In this document: positions 26,775 to 35,955 of the stretch, in pieces
How the letters are laid out: each line of letters opens with the position of its first letter
How positions within the stretch are numbered: position 1 is the first letter of the stretch
Assembly: GCA_964470175.1 (NCBI GenBank)
Contig: CAYYBL010000003.1
Location: 1 to 52,161 of the forward strand
Origin: an uncultured Lachnospiraceae bacterium
GTDB lineage: Bacteria > Bacillota > Clostridia > TANB77 > CAG-508
Reading direction: 5' to 3'
Length of the DNA stretch: 52,161 bases
The notes under the pieces: generated by a model
Told to the model about the DNA's origin: nothing
Seen by the model: the letters and a program-made list of their open reading frames with translations, nothing else
Databases searched by the model: none
Translations under genes and position numbers: made by a program

Positions 26775-27262
26775 TATTTTACTTTTGTAAGAATATATTT
26801 TGTTCCAACACTTGCGGTACCTTCTCCGCCTATAAGTGTAAGTGTATCACCATCAAGTTGATATTCGTATGTAGCATCATATAAGTCTTCATTTTTGAAA
26901 TCTATAGAAAGCTTGCTTCCATCTATTACATATGTATACTTGTACTCTCCTTCTTGGATGTTTAAAGAGCCTTTTCCTTTTCCATTGAATACATATTTTG
27001 TATTATTATCATAAGAATAAGTACCATTTAGAGTATTGTCCTCTTTCTTATCATCATTTTTTGATGAATCTGAAGAAGACTCTTTTTCAGTCTTCTTTTC
27101 TTCATCGTTATTTGCATATGATGGATTTTTATCTCCAAAATTCAATTTTCCATTTTTTCCATAAATGTGAAGTCCTACATCCACTGCTACGAATAGAATA
27201 ACAATTGCAATTATTATCTTCTTGCCATTCTTTTTCCCTTTATTTTCTTTTTTTCGTTCCAT
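26774..27262 (-). CDS. Membrane-anchored hypothetical protein (lipocalin-like C-terminal domain, tentative)
   Basis: 162 aa. Lys-rich N-terminus plus TM IIIAIVILFVAVDVGL. C-terminal beta-rich GTYSYD...YEYQLDGDTLTLIG. Overlaps the upstream gene by 49 nt and the downstream srtB start by 1 nt. Confidence 0.6.
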   Translation of the reverse strand: MERKKENKGKKNGKKIIIAIVILFVAVDVGLHIYGKNGKLNFGDKNPSYANNDEEKKTEKESSSDSSKNDDKKEDNTLNGTYSYDNNTKYVFNGKGKGSLNIQEGEYKYTYVIDGSKLSIDFKNEDLYDATYEYQLDGDTLTLIGGEGTASVGTKYILTKVK

Positions 27263-29319
27263 TTAACTATAATTACAACTCCAATCATTGAAATTATTGA
27301 ACCGCTTATCCATTTAAGCATTTGGCTTCTATCTCCTGTACTTGGTGATGAAGCACTAATTACTGTACCAGCACCAACTGTAGTAGTAATAGTCGTAGTT
27401 GTTGTAGTACTTGTTACAGTAGCTGATCCTGTTGTCACTTCACCTTTATTCTCAGGTGTCGTTACTTTCTTTTCTGCTATCTTGAAGTTTGAAGTTACTT
27501 CGCCATCATCATATACAAGTGCTAATGTATGTGTACCTACAGCAAGTGTATTTAAGAAATCTGCTTTTAAAGTTACAATTGTACTTCCACTTTCTTTTGT
27601 ATAATTTTTTTCATCTAGTTCTTTATTATCTACTTTAACACTTGTTAGTTTTTCAAGTTTACCATTTGATTTAAATCTTAAGCTACCATCTGTAGTAAGC
27701 TCGTGTGTGCCACCTTCTCCTTCAACCATTTCATATACAAAAAGTGGTATTTCTTCACCTTTCTTTACAAGAGAATCACAATCTGTACAATATGTATCTC
27801 CTGTATATCCTTTTTCTGTTGTAGTAGCTTCTTTAGCATTTCTTACTTCTGTATGTTTGTGATTATTTGGATCTAAATCTCCATATTCTTCACCACATCT
27901 TGTACATACTGCTTTGTTTACACAAGTAGCTTCGCCACCAGTATGGCCAAGTGCATCTATATCATTTCCATCAGATATTTTATTTGAACAATCTAAGCAA
28001 TATGTATCTCCCGAATATCCTTCTTCAGTACAAGTAGCATCTTTTGCATCCCTTACTTCTGTATGTTTGTGATTGTCTGGATTTAATTCTCCATACTCTA
28101 CACCACAAACTTCGCATTTTGCTTTTTCAGTACATGTAGCTTCTCCACCAGTATGATCTGCCACATTCATTTTTACACCACATCCACATACTTTCCAGTG
28201 TTGTGTTGCATTTGTTGTCCATTCATCACTAGTTGCTGTATGTTCTACTTTAGCTGGTATTACAAGTCCTGCCTCATCAGTTTCAACTTTGTTTTCATCA
28301 AATAGTTTTTGACATGCTGAGCATTTGTAATGTGCTTTTGTACCATTTACACATTCTGCTTCTGTTTGTCCATGTACAGCAGGAACTTCTGGTATAAGAT
28401 CACCATATTGATGTTCAGCTAGAGGTAATGGATCACTTGAACCACTTACAATTGCTCCGCAATCATCACATGTTACATATTCTCCATGTCCTTGTACCGT
28501 ACATGTTGATGCCTCTGCTAGATGTGAAGTAGTATTTGTATGTGAACATGTTACTGTAACCACACATGAATCATTAACACCACTTGTAGCAGTAGCTTTT
28601 ATAGTAGCTTCTCCTGTTTTTAAAGCTTTTATAGCACCTGTAGCTTCATTTACTGAAACAACTTCTGGATTACTGCTTGACCATGTAACAGTATCTGTAG
28701 TTGTATCAGGTGAAAGAGTTGCAGCAAGATAAGCTGTCTCTCCTGATTGTATATTTAAAGTTTTTGGAGAAACACTAACACCTGTTGCTGGTACCTGTGG
28801 TTTTGTTATTGTAATACCAATACCTGTTGATCCAGATGTATCTTTTTCTCCATCGTATGTTTCATCAATTGCTAGTGGTTCAAGCATTGAAACTGTTCTT
28901 GAACCTTCAGTAGCATCACTGCTTACTGCAAGTTGGAATGTTCCAACTGGAACCGTAGCATTTCCTGTATATACTTCAGAACTATATGCACTAAACTCTT
29001 TAGTAGCTTCAGCATATTGAACCGCACCATCAAATCCAAATGTTGTTTTTGCACCTGGATCTACAGTTCCACTTCCATCAACGTATGTAAGTCCTTGTAT
29101 TGATGTAGGAATCTTTGCTGAGAAAGCTGTAAGTCCTCCATCAACTTGAGTAAGATAAAGTGTAAAAGTAATTGTATCCCCTGGGTTTACAGTAGTTTTG
29201 TCAGCAGTAAGTGAGAAATATGCACTATTACCTGCAGCATTTGATATTGGTCTAATGTACACTGTCCCTAGGACAATTACAATACACAAAAATATTGCTA
29301 AGATTTTTTTCTTTGTCAT
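27214..29319 (-). CDS. Sortase-B-type anchored surface protein: cohesin-like domain, Big_2 domain, Cys-rich repeats, SPSTG sorting signal
   Basis: Signal peptide. N-terminal beta domain with a cohesin-like pattern (VNPGDTITFTLYL...GLTAFSAKI...). Big_2-like VSVSPKTLNIQSGETAYLAATLSP...VTWSSSNPEVVSV. Repeated HTGGEATC...C..CG modules. C-terminal SPSTGD, then a hydrophobic segment, then KKKIKGKRMARR. Confidence 0.8.
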   Translation of the reverse strand: MTKKKILAIFLCIVIVLGTVYIRPISNAAGNSAYFSLTADKTTVNPGDTITFTLYLTQVDGGLTAFSAKIPTSIQGLTYVDGSGTVDPGAKTTFGFDGAVQYAEATKEFSAYSSEVYTGNATVPVGTFQLAVSSDATEGSRTVSMLEPLAIDETYDGEKDTSGSTGIGITITKPQVPATGVSVSPKTLNIQSGETAYLAATLSPDTTTDTVTWSSSNPEVVSVNEATGAIKALKTGEATIKATATSGVNDSCVVTVTCSHTNTTSHLAEASTCTVQGHGEYVTCDDCGAIVSGSSDPLPLAEHQYGDLIPEVPAVHGQTEAECVNGTKAHYKCSACQKLFDENKVETDEAGLVIPAKVEHTATSDEWTTNATQHWKVCGCGVKMNVADHTGGEATCTEKAKCEVCGVEYGELNPDNHKHTEVRDAKDATCTEEGYSGDTYCLDCSNKISDGNDIDALGHTGGEATCVNKAVCTRCGEEYGDLDPNNHKHTEVRNAKEATTTEKGYTGDTYCTDCDSLVKKGEEIPLFVYEMVEGEGGTHELTTDGSLRFKSNGKLEKLTSVKVDNKELDEKNYTKESGSTIVTLKADFLNTLAVGTHTLALVYDDGEVTSNFKIAEKKVTTPENKGEVTTGSATVTSTTTTTTITTTVGAGTVISASSPSTGDRSQMLKWISGSIISMIGVVIIVKWNEKKKIKGKRMARR
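27748..28155 (-). repeat. Tandem 210-nt (70-aa) Cys-rich coding repeat, two copies
   Basis: HTGGEATCTEKAKCEVCGVEYGELNPDNHKHTEVRDAKDATCTEEGYSGDTYCLDC aligns with HTGGEATCVNKAVCTRCGEEYGDLDPNNHKHTEVRNAKEATTTEKGYTGDTYCTDC. Unit starts are at 28155 and 27945. Confidence 0.8.
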
Positions 29320-29439
29320 ATCTTTTTCTTTAGTCCTTTCAATTAAATTTAATTCTTATTAATCACATAAAATATATCATTTTAGGGGTTCTTATTCAAT
29401 TAAATATTAGATACATTAAAATTATATTTGCTTATCATT

Positions 29440-29471
29440 TTTGTTACAAAAATATATTTTTTTGTAACAAA
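29440..29471. promoter_or_regulatory. Perfect 13-bp inverted repeat (candidate operator) in the divergent promoter region
   Basis: TTTGTTACAAAAA (29440-29452), 6-nt spacer, TTTTTGTAACAAA (29459-29471). Lies immediately upstream of a candidate -35. Confidence 0.5.
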
Positions 29472-29476
29472 CACTC

Positions 29477-29505
29477 TTTACAAATCGAGAAAAAAGTTGT
29501 ATCAT
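29477..29505 (+). promoter_or_regulatory. Candidate promoter of the sortase / LPVTG-protein operon
   Basis: TTTACA (29477-29482), 17-nt spacer, TATCAT (29500-29505). Confidence 0.4.
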
Positions 29506-29625
29506 ATGAAAGATTTATTCATTAAGCATTCTTGCTTAAATGACCTTATTTCTTAGGGTCAAAAATTCCTATTGATTATTTTATAGAGAGGAGTTGATTT
29601 GTAGGTAAGTATTAAAACTTTATTC

Positions 29626-30102
29626 GTGTTTTGTACTATTACTACACTGTTTTTTTCGTATCAAAATAAATTGAACTCACAAAATGTAGTACAAAATCTA
29701 TGCCAAAATACAAATGATGAAATAATCTATCTATGGCAAATAGAAATTCCAAAGATAAATTGCGTAGCAAATATTTCCGAAGGAACTGATGAAAAAACAT
29801 TAGATAAATATGTCGGACATTTTGAGAATAGCAAAAGAAGAAATGGAAATATTGCTCTAGCTGCCCACAATAGAGGGTTTAGCGTAAACTATTTTTCAAG
29901 ACTAAAAGAATTAAATTTAGGTGATGAAATTCTATATAACTACAATGAATACAGTAAATCATACAAAGTAATTTCCAAAGAGATTATCAAAAACACTGAT
30001 TTTTCAAAGATTCAAAATACTGAAAAAAATCAGATTACCTTAATAACTTGTGTTGAAAATGAACCAGAGTTTAGGAGATGTATTATAGCAGAGGAAATTT
30101 AA
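29626..30102 (+). CDS. Small sortase (class A/D-like)
   Basis: IALAAHNRG (catalytic His), ITLITC (catalytic Cys), FRRC (Arg). The frame is open from 29605 and the N-terminal TM may start before the GTG at 29626, so the start is uncertain. Confidence 0.75.
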   Translation: MFCTITTLFFSYQNKLNSQNVVQNLCQNTNDEIIYLWQIEIPKINCVANISEGTDEKTLDKYVGHFENSKRRNGNIALAAHNRGFSVNYFSRLKELNLGDEILYNYNEYSKSYKVISKEIIKNTDFSKIQNTEKNQITLITCVENEPEFRRCIIAEEI

Positions 30103-30126
30103 ATGAAAGGAATTTTATTATAATAT

Positions 30127-31398
30127 ATGAAAAATAAGTGCATAAAAATTGTTTTATTCATGTTTGTAATTATATCCATAATTACTACATGCTTTGCAAA
30201 TGAAGAACTTATAGATTTGAAATATAAAGGTCATTGTGGTGACCTTTTGAAACTAACAGACAAAATATCAAATTATTCATACGTAGTTTATGAAAAAAAT
30301 GGAAAAGAATATCCAGTATATTGCCTAGATAATGACTTAGCAGGTGTGGGTGAAACTATCTCCTATCCTGTCAAAGTGACTGGCAAATATGAAAATGAAG
30401 AAGCTTGGAGAGCAATAAAAAATGGCTATCCATATAAGACACCGGCAGAGCTTGGTGTAGCAAATGAATATGAAGCTTTTACTGCAACCAAAGCTGCCGT
30501 AAATATGATTTTAAATAAAAATTATCCTGAGGATAGATACTTGCCATTAGATACTGAAGAAAGTCAAAGGACCTATAATGCGTATAGAAACATTTTAAAA
30601 ACTGCAAGGGAAAGTAATGAAAAAATGATAACCGATCTTACCATCTCAATCATCCCTGAAAGTAATGATTGGACAGTAGATACGGAAGACAACAATTATA
30701 TAAGCAAGTATTATCATATTGATTCAAAGGTAAGCTCAGGCTCCTACTCTATAGAAATCCAAAACGAGGTAGCTGGCATTAAAATTGTAGATGATAATAA
30801 TTTTGAAAAGTCAGAATTTAATCTAAGTGAAAAATTTAAGATTATCATTCCAATTACTTCTCTTACAGAAGATAAATCTTTTAGTGTAAAAGCAAGCGCT
30901 GATCTTAATACTGTCCCTCTTTTGTATGGAGAGGCTACAGTAGATGGTATGCAAAATTACACTCTTACTGGTGAAGTATTTGAATCATCAGAAACAAATG
31001 CAAAAATAGAAGTACCTAAAAATAGTACAAAACTTACTATTATCAAAAAAGAAAAAGATTCTGAAATAAGGCTAAAAGGTGTAGTATTTAACTTACTTGA
31101 TGAGAAAAAAGCTGTACTTAAGGAAAATCTTGAGACTGATGAAAATGGCGAAATAATCATAGAAAACTTATTCCCAGGTAAATACTATCTTACCGAAATC
31201 AAAACTCTAAATGGATATGAATTATTCACTAATATTATTGAGGTTAATTTAGAGCTAAATAAAGATGTTGAAATTGTAGTAAATAACGAAAAGAAAGAAG
31301 TTTTGGAAAGTAAGAAAAATATTGCAGAAGATATTATAATTGAAAAAGTTAGCAAAGAAATAATAGAAAAAAAGACATTACCTGTTACAGGGTATTAA
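30127..31398 (+). CDS. Surface protein: thioester-domain-like N-terminal region plus CnaB/SpaA-type domain, ending at LPVTGY
   Basis: Signal peptide. VYCLDNDL ... NGYPYK ... FTATKAAVN resembles the TQXA thioester domain. The CnaB-like segment is LKGVVFNLLDE...TDENGEIIIENLFPGKYYLTEIKTLNGYEL. The C-terminus is KKTLPVTGY followed by the stop. Confidence 0.75.
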   Translation: MKNKCIKIVLFMFVIISIITTCFANEELIDLKYKGHCGDLLKLTDKISNYSYVVYEKNGKEYPVYCLDNDLAGVGETISYPVKVTGKYENEEAWRAIKNGYPYKTPAELGVANEYEAFTATKAAVNMILNKNYPEDRYLPLDTEESQRTYNAYRNILKTARESNEKMITDLTISIIPESNDWTVDTEDNNYISKYYHIDSKVSSGSYSIEIQNEVAGIKIVDDNNFEKSEFNLSEKFKIIIPITSLTEDKSFSVKASADLNTVPLLYGEATVDGMQNYTLTGEVFESSETNAKIEVPKNSTKLTIIKKEKDSEIRLKGVVFNLLDEKKAVLKENLETDENGEIIIENLFPGKYYLTEIKTLNGYELFTNIIEVNLELNKDVEIVVNNEKKEVLESKKNIAEDIIIEKVSKEIIEKKTLPVTGY

Positions 31399-31403
31399 AA
31401 AAA

Positions 31404-31428
31404 AATAGCCTCAGATTTTGAGGCTATT
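31404..31428. terminator. Bidirectional terminator shared by the LPVTG-protein gene and pflA
   Basis: AATAGCCTCA/TGAGGCTATT stem with A9/T9 on one side. Overlaps the pflA stop codon. Confidence 0.7.
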
Positions 31429-32137
31429 CTATTTCTAAAATATTTTTTGCAGTTTGTATATCTTCTTCAGTTGGCATCCTTACCCCTTCAAGAGGATACT
31501 CTGCTCCAAGTTCTTCCCATTTATATTTTCCAAGCTCATGATATGGAAGTATTTCTACCTTTTCCACATTTGAAAGAGTATCAATAAATGCTTTAAGTCT
31601 TTGCAAGTCATACTTATCATCAGTGTATCCAGGTACCAATACTTGTCTTATCCACACTGGTTTTCCAATATTATTTAAGTATTTTGCAAAATCTAAATTG
31701 TTTTTATTAGACATAGATGTAAGGTCTTTTGCCTTTTCATCATCTATGTGCTTTATATCTAATAATACCAAATCTGTATATTTAAGAAGTTCTTTTATTT
31801 CTTGCGAAACAGGCAGACTTCCAGCTGTATCTATACATGTATGAATATTTAATTCTTTTAATTTTATGAAAAGCTCCGTCAAAAATGGTGCTTGAAGTAG
31901 TGGTTCTCCACCAGATACTGTGACTCCACCATTTGAACTATCTATAAAAGTCTTTTCTCTAAGTACTTTCTTTACGATCTCATCCGTATCCACAAGCATG
32001 CCTTTATCTACATTCCATGTGTCTCTATTATGGCAATACTTGCATTTAAGTACGCAACCCTGCACAAAGATTACAAATCTTATGCCCGGTCCATCGACAG
32101 TACCAAAGCTTTCAAATGAATGAATTCTTCCTTGCAT
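31424..32137 (-). CDS. pflA: Pyruvate formate-lyase activating enzyme (radical SAM)
   Basis: CVLKCKYCHN (CxxxCxxC) and GGVTVSGGEPLLQ. Confidence 0.93.
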   Translation of the reverse strand: MQGRIHSFESFGTVDGPGIRFVIFVQGCVLKCKYCHNRDTWNVDKGMLVDTDEIVKKVLREKTFIDSSNGGVTVSGGEPLLQAPFLTELFIKLKELNIHTCIDTAGSLPVSQEIKELLKYTDLVLLDIKHIDDEKAKDLTSMSNKNNLDFAKYLNNIGKPVWIRQVLVPGYTDDKYDLQRLKAFIDTLSNVEKVEILPYHELGKYKWEELGAEYPLEGVRMPTEEDIQTAKNILEIE

Positions 32138-32147
32138 TTTCTATCCT

Positions 32148-34379
32148 TTATATTTTATCGTGAATTGTACGATTTATAACATCAAGTTGTTGTTCACGAG
32201 TAAGTTTTACAAAATTTACTGCATATCCAGAAACTCTTATAGTAAGTTGTGGATATTTTTCTGGATGCTCCATAGCATCTTCTAATAATTTTCTATTGAA
32301 TACATTTACATTTATGTGATGACTAAGCTGACAGAAATATCCATCAAGTAATGATGTAAGATTTTTTATCTGAGTCTTCTTCTCTTTTCCAAGTGCTGAT
32401 GGAGTGATTGCAAATGTATATGAAATGCCATCTTCAGAGTTTTTGTATTTTAATTTTGCTATTGTATTTAGTGTAGCAATAGCACCATTTGTATCTCTTC
32501 CATGCATTGGATTTGCACCAGGTCCAAATGGAGCTGAACTTGGTCTTCCATCTGGAGTATTACCTGTCTTCTTTCCATATACGACATTTGAAGTAATTGT
32601 AAGAATACTCATTGTAGGCTTTGCATTTCTATATGTTCTTTGTTTTCTAAGCCTATTCATAAATTCTTCTTGAACTTTTACTGCTATGTCATCTACTCTG
32701 TCATCATCATTTCCATATTTTGGAAAATCACCTTTTATATCAAAACCTGTAGCAAGTCCTGTCTCATCTCTTATAACTTTGACTTTAGCATATTTCATAG
32801 CTGAAAATGAATCTGCTACTATAGAAAGTCCTGCTATTCCACATGCCATTGTTCTAAGTATCTCTTTGTCATGTAAAGCCATAGCCAAACTTTCATAAGA
32901 ATATTTATCATGCATATAATGAATAATGTTTAGTGAATCCATATATATCTTAGCTACATAATCCATCATTTGTTCAAATTTTGACCAAACTTCATCATAG
33001 TCAAGATACTCGGAAGTAACAGGTGCAAATTTTGGTGCAATCTGCTTTCCGCTCATCTCATCTCTACCACCATTTATAGCATAAAGTAGGGTTTTTGCAA
33101 GATTTGCTCTAGCTCCAAAGAATTGCATTTGCTTTCCAATTCTCATTGCACTTACGCAGCACGCTATACCATAATCATCTCCCCAATATTCTCTCATTAA
33201 ATCATCATTTTCATATTGTATTGCAGATGTTGAAATAGACATCTTTGCACAAAAATCTTTAAATCCTCTAGGAAGTCTAGTAGACCAAAGTACTGTAAGA
33301 TTTGGTTCTGGAGCTGGTCCAAGATTTACAAGAGTATGAAGCATTCTAAAAGAATTTTTCGTAACTAATGTTCTTCCATCTATACCCATACCACCTATAC
33401 TTTCAGTAACCCATACTGGATCTCCACTGAATAATTCGTTATATTCTGGTGTACGCAAGAATCTTACCATACGAAGCTTCATTACAAAATGATCCATAAG
33501 TTCTTGAGCTTCTTTTTCTGTGATAACTTTATTGTCTATATCTCTCTTAATATATATATCTAAGAAAGTAGATGTCCTTCCTAAACTCATAGCTGCACCA
33601 TTTTGCTGTTTTATGGTTCCAAGGTATCCAAAATATAGCCATTGAATAGCTTCTTTTGCGTTTTTAGCAGGCTTTGATATATCAAATCCATAACTTTCAG
33701 CCATTACTTTCAAATCCTCAAGGGCCTTTATTTGCTCTGAAATCTCTTCTCTTAATCTAATGATTTCTTCGCTCATATAGTTTGAAGTAGTATCATCAAA
33801 TTCTTCTTTTTTTTGCTCAATAAGAAAGTCTACTCCATATAATGCAACTCTTCTATAATCTCCTATTATTCTTCCTCTACCATATCCATCTGGAAGACCA
33901 GTAAGAAGATGTGCAGATCTTGCAGCTCTTATTTCTGGTGTATAAGCTGCGAAAACTCCATCATTATGAGTCTTTCTATAATGATGATATATATCTTCAA
34001 GTTTCTCTGATACTTTATATCCATAGGCTTCACATGACTTTTCTACAATACGTATACCACCTTCTGGCATCAATGCTCTCTTTAGTGGCATATCTGTCTG
34101 AAGTCCAACAATTTTTTCAAGCTTTTTATCTATATATCCTGGTTTATGACTTGTAATAGTTGATGCAACGTCTGTAGAAACATCAAGTACACCTTTTTCA
34201 TTTTCCTTCTTATATAGATTTAAAACATCTTCCCAAAGTTTTTTTGTACTTTCTGTAGTGCCTTCTAGAAAAGAATCATCACCCTCGTAAGGAGTATAGT
34301 TTTTTTGTATAAAATCTCTTACGTTTACTTCCTTTTTCCAATAGCCATCAGAAAATCCTTTCCATTCTTTAAAATCCAT
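32148..34379 (-). CDS. pflB: Pyruvate formate-lyase (glycyl radical enzyme)
   Basis: 743 aa. Active-site GIACCVSAM and the glycyl-radical motif [11 protein letters not shown]. Confidence 0.95.
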   Translation of the reverse strand: MDFKEWKGFSDGYWKKEVNVRDFIQKNYTPYEGDDSFLEGTTESTKKLWEDVLNLYKKENEKGVLDVSTDVASTITSHKPGYIDKKLEKIVGLQTDMPLKRALMPEGGIRIVEKSCEAYGYKVSEKLEDIYHHYRKTHNDGVFAAYTPEIRAARSAHLLTGLPDGYGRGRIIGDYRRVALYGVDFLIEQKKEEFDDTTSNYMSEEIIRLREEISEQIKALEDLKVMAESYGFDISKPAKNAKEAIQWLYFGYLGTIKQQNGAAMSLGRTSTFLDIYIKRDIDNKVITEKEAQELMDHFVMKLRMVRFLRTPEYNELFSGDPVWVTESIGGMGIDGRTLVTKNSFRMLHTLVNLGPAPEPNLTVLWSTRLPRGFKDFCAKMSISTSAIQYENDDLMREYWGDDYGIACCVSAMRIGKQMQFFGARANLAKTLLYAINGGRDEMSGKQIAPKFAPVTSEYLDYDEVWSKFEQMMDYVAKIYMDSLNIIHYMHDKYSYESLAMALHDKEILRTMACGIAGLSIVADSFSAMKYAKVKVIRDETGLATGFDIKGDFPKYGNDDDRVDDIAVKVQEEFMNRLRKQRTYRNAKPTMSILTITSNVVYGKKTGNTPDGRPSSAPFGPGANPMHGRDTNGAIATLNTIAKLKYKNSEDGISYTFAITPSALGKEKKTQIKNLTSLLDGYFCQLSHHINVNVFNRKLLEDAMEHPEKYPQLTIRVSGYAVNFVKLTREQQLDVINRTIHDKI

Positions 34380-34433
34380 ACATTATCCCCCCTAAATCTA
34401 TATAATTTTTAATCCACTTTGCATGGACAAAAT

Positions 34434-34462
34434 ATTCTAACATATATATTTTTTTTATTCAA
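34434..34462 (-). promoter_or_regulatory. Candidate pflB promoter
   Basis: Minus strand: TTGAAT (34462-34457), 17-nt spacer, TAGAAT (34439-34434). SD AGGGGGGAT before the ATG. Confidence 0.45.
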
Positions 34463-34486
34463 CACAATACTTAAATAAAAATTTAA

Positions 34487-34690
34487 AAGAACAAAAGGGG
34501 ACATTATGTTATACTGAATAACCTTAATGAATGTCAAATGTCCCCGTTTTTTCTCTGCATAACTTATCCGTACCTCACATTCGTTCGAACGGCTAAGAAA
34601 TGTTCATCGCGCCAAATTTACGAAGTAAATTTGTGTGCAAATATAGCCGTAAGCTCTATTTTATAAAATGCGTAGCATTTTATAAAATAG
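34487..34690. repeat. Structured intergenic element, copy 2 (with an extra ~59-nt segment)
   Basis: Hairpin 1: 34497-34505 / 34537-34545. Hairpin 2: 34613-34633, identical to copy 1. Hairpin 3: 16-bp stem (34656-34671 / 34675-34690) with arm sequence different from copy 1. The extra segment at about 34548-34606 contains the palindrome CGTTCGAACG. Confidence 0.8.
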
Positions 34691-34764
34691 TAAAGTAGGC
34701 TTTTACACCTACTTCACCATCACAAACATCATCTGTTTGTTTTCAAACTACAGTTTGATACATC

Positions 34765-35292
34765 CTACAGCAAACCTTTCCTATACTCGTATCTGACTTT
34801 CCTTATTATGTCTGAAGTTGATACTCCTTCGGTCCTCTTAAGCATTGCACCTTCTACTTCATAGGCATCAAATAATGTTTTCCTTGCTTTCCTGAGCGCA
34901 GGGTTGTCTTCATGAGCAAACACATCAGGTCTGTAGAATTCAACCGCCGGATAAAACATGTTGAGCCACTCATATGATGATTGATTTTCATATGAAAAAG
35001 GTACCGGTCTTTCGGGATCATAGTCCACAACAAACGCATAATCTACACATCTCAGTGCCTGAACAATTTCCACTCTATCATCTTGACTTAAGATAGGTGA
35101 ATGGTTTTTCTTGAGTGATGCTGCTCTGTCGGATTTTACTCCAACGATGAGCACGTCTCCACACCGCCGAGCATTTTCAATAAATCTAACATGCCCAACA
35201 TGTGTGAGATCAAATGTTCCGGAGCACATCACAACTTTTTTCCCTTGAACTTTCCGCTCATCGAGAATAGTTTTGAGTTCTTCTTTAGTCAT
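34765..35292 (-). CDS. Cytidylyltransferase-family protein (glycerol-3-phosphate cytidylyltransferase-like) on a higher-GC island
   Basis: Nucleotidyltransferase motif CSGTFDLTHVGH. ATG at 35292 with AAAGGAGGAT SD; the track's upstream extension has no support. 26/60 GC in line 34921-34980. Confidence 0.75.
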   Translation of the reverse strand: MTKEELKTILDERKVQGKKVVMCSGTFDLTHVGHVRFIENARRCGDVLIVGVKSDRAASLKKNHSPILSQDDRVEIVQALRCVDYAFVVDYDPERPVPFSYENQSSYEWLNMFYPAVEFYRPDVFAHEDNPALRKARKTLFDAYEVEGAMLKRTEGVSTSDIIRKVRYEYRKGLL

Positions 35293-35405
35293 AATGCATC
35301 CTCCTTTGATGTATATTGATGTATAGTATAGATATGTGCTGTAGTTTTGCCAAATTATTGGCTTTATATTCAAACTCCACCTTATGATGGAAGACTAAAA
35401 ACTAA

Positions 35406-35882
35406 TTAATCTATAATCACTTTACCAGTGTCTAAATACTTTTTTACACTATTTATAACTGGCTTGTTTATTTCAAAGATCTCTTCTTGTGGCAAATCAT
35501 TTATATCGAACCATTTTAAATTGTCTACTTCTTTATCTACAAAATCAAAGTTCCCTTCAAACTCGCTGCATATAAATACATGATTTAGTACATAAACTTG
35601 GTCTTTACTTTTTTCATATGTATGAAAAAGTTTTTCTCCTGAAAAAATTCCCATAAGTTTTGGATCCTTAGGAACAACCCCAAGTTCTTCCTTTACTTCT
35701 CGATTTAATGTATCTATATATGTCTCACCAAGTTCCATGCCACCACCATGTATTGCCCATTTTCCATTGTCTGATCTTTTTTGAAGAAGTATTTTTCCAT
35801 CTTTATAAATGATAAGCGTTACGACGGGCCTATGCATTGGAATATGTCCAACCAAACTTCTTATATATCTTTCATTATCCAT
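35406..35882 (-). CDS. NUDIX hydrolase
   Basis: Nudix box GGGMELGETYIDTLNREVKEELGV. There are four in-frame ATGs at the 5' end. I prefer the one at 35882 (GGGGG about 9 nt upstream). Confidence 0.8.
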   Translation of the reverse strand: MDNERYIRSLVGHIPMHRPVVTLIIYKDGKILLQKRSDNGKWAIHGGGMELGETYIDTLNREVKEELGVVPKDPKLMGIFSGEKLFHTYEKSKDQVYVLNHVFICSEFEGNFDFVDKEVDNLKWFDINDLPQEEIFEINKPVINSVKKYLDTGKVIID

Positions 35883-35955
35883 TAGCATATACCCCCAAAA
35901 CATATGCATTTTATCACGTTTTTGCCCAAAAGTAAATAATCAAACAAAAAATTTA

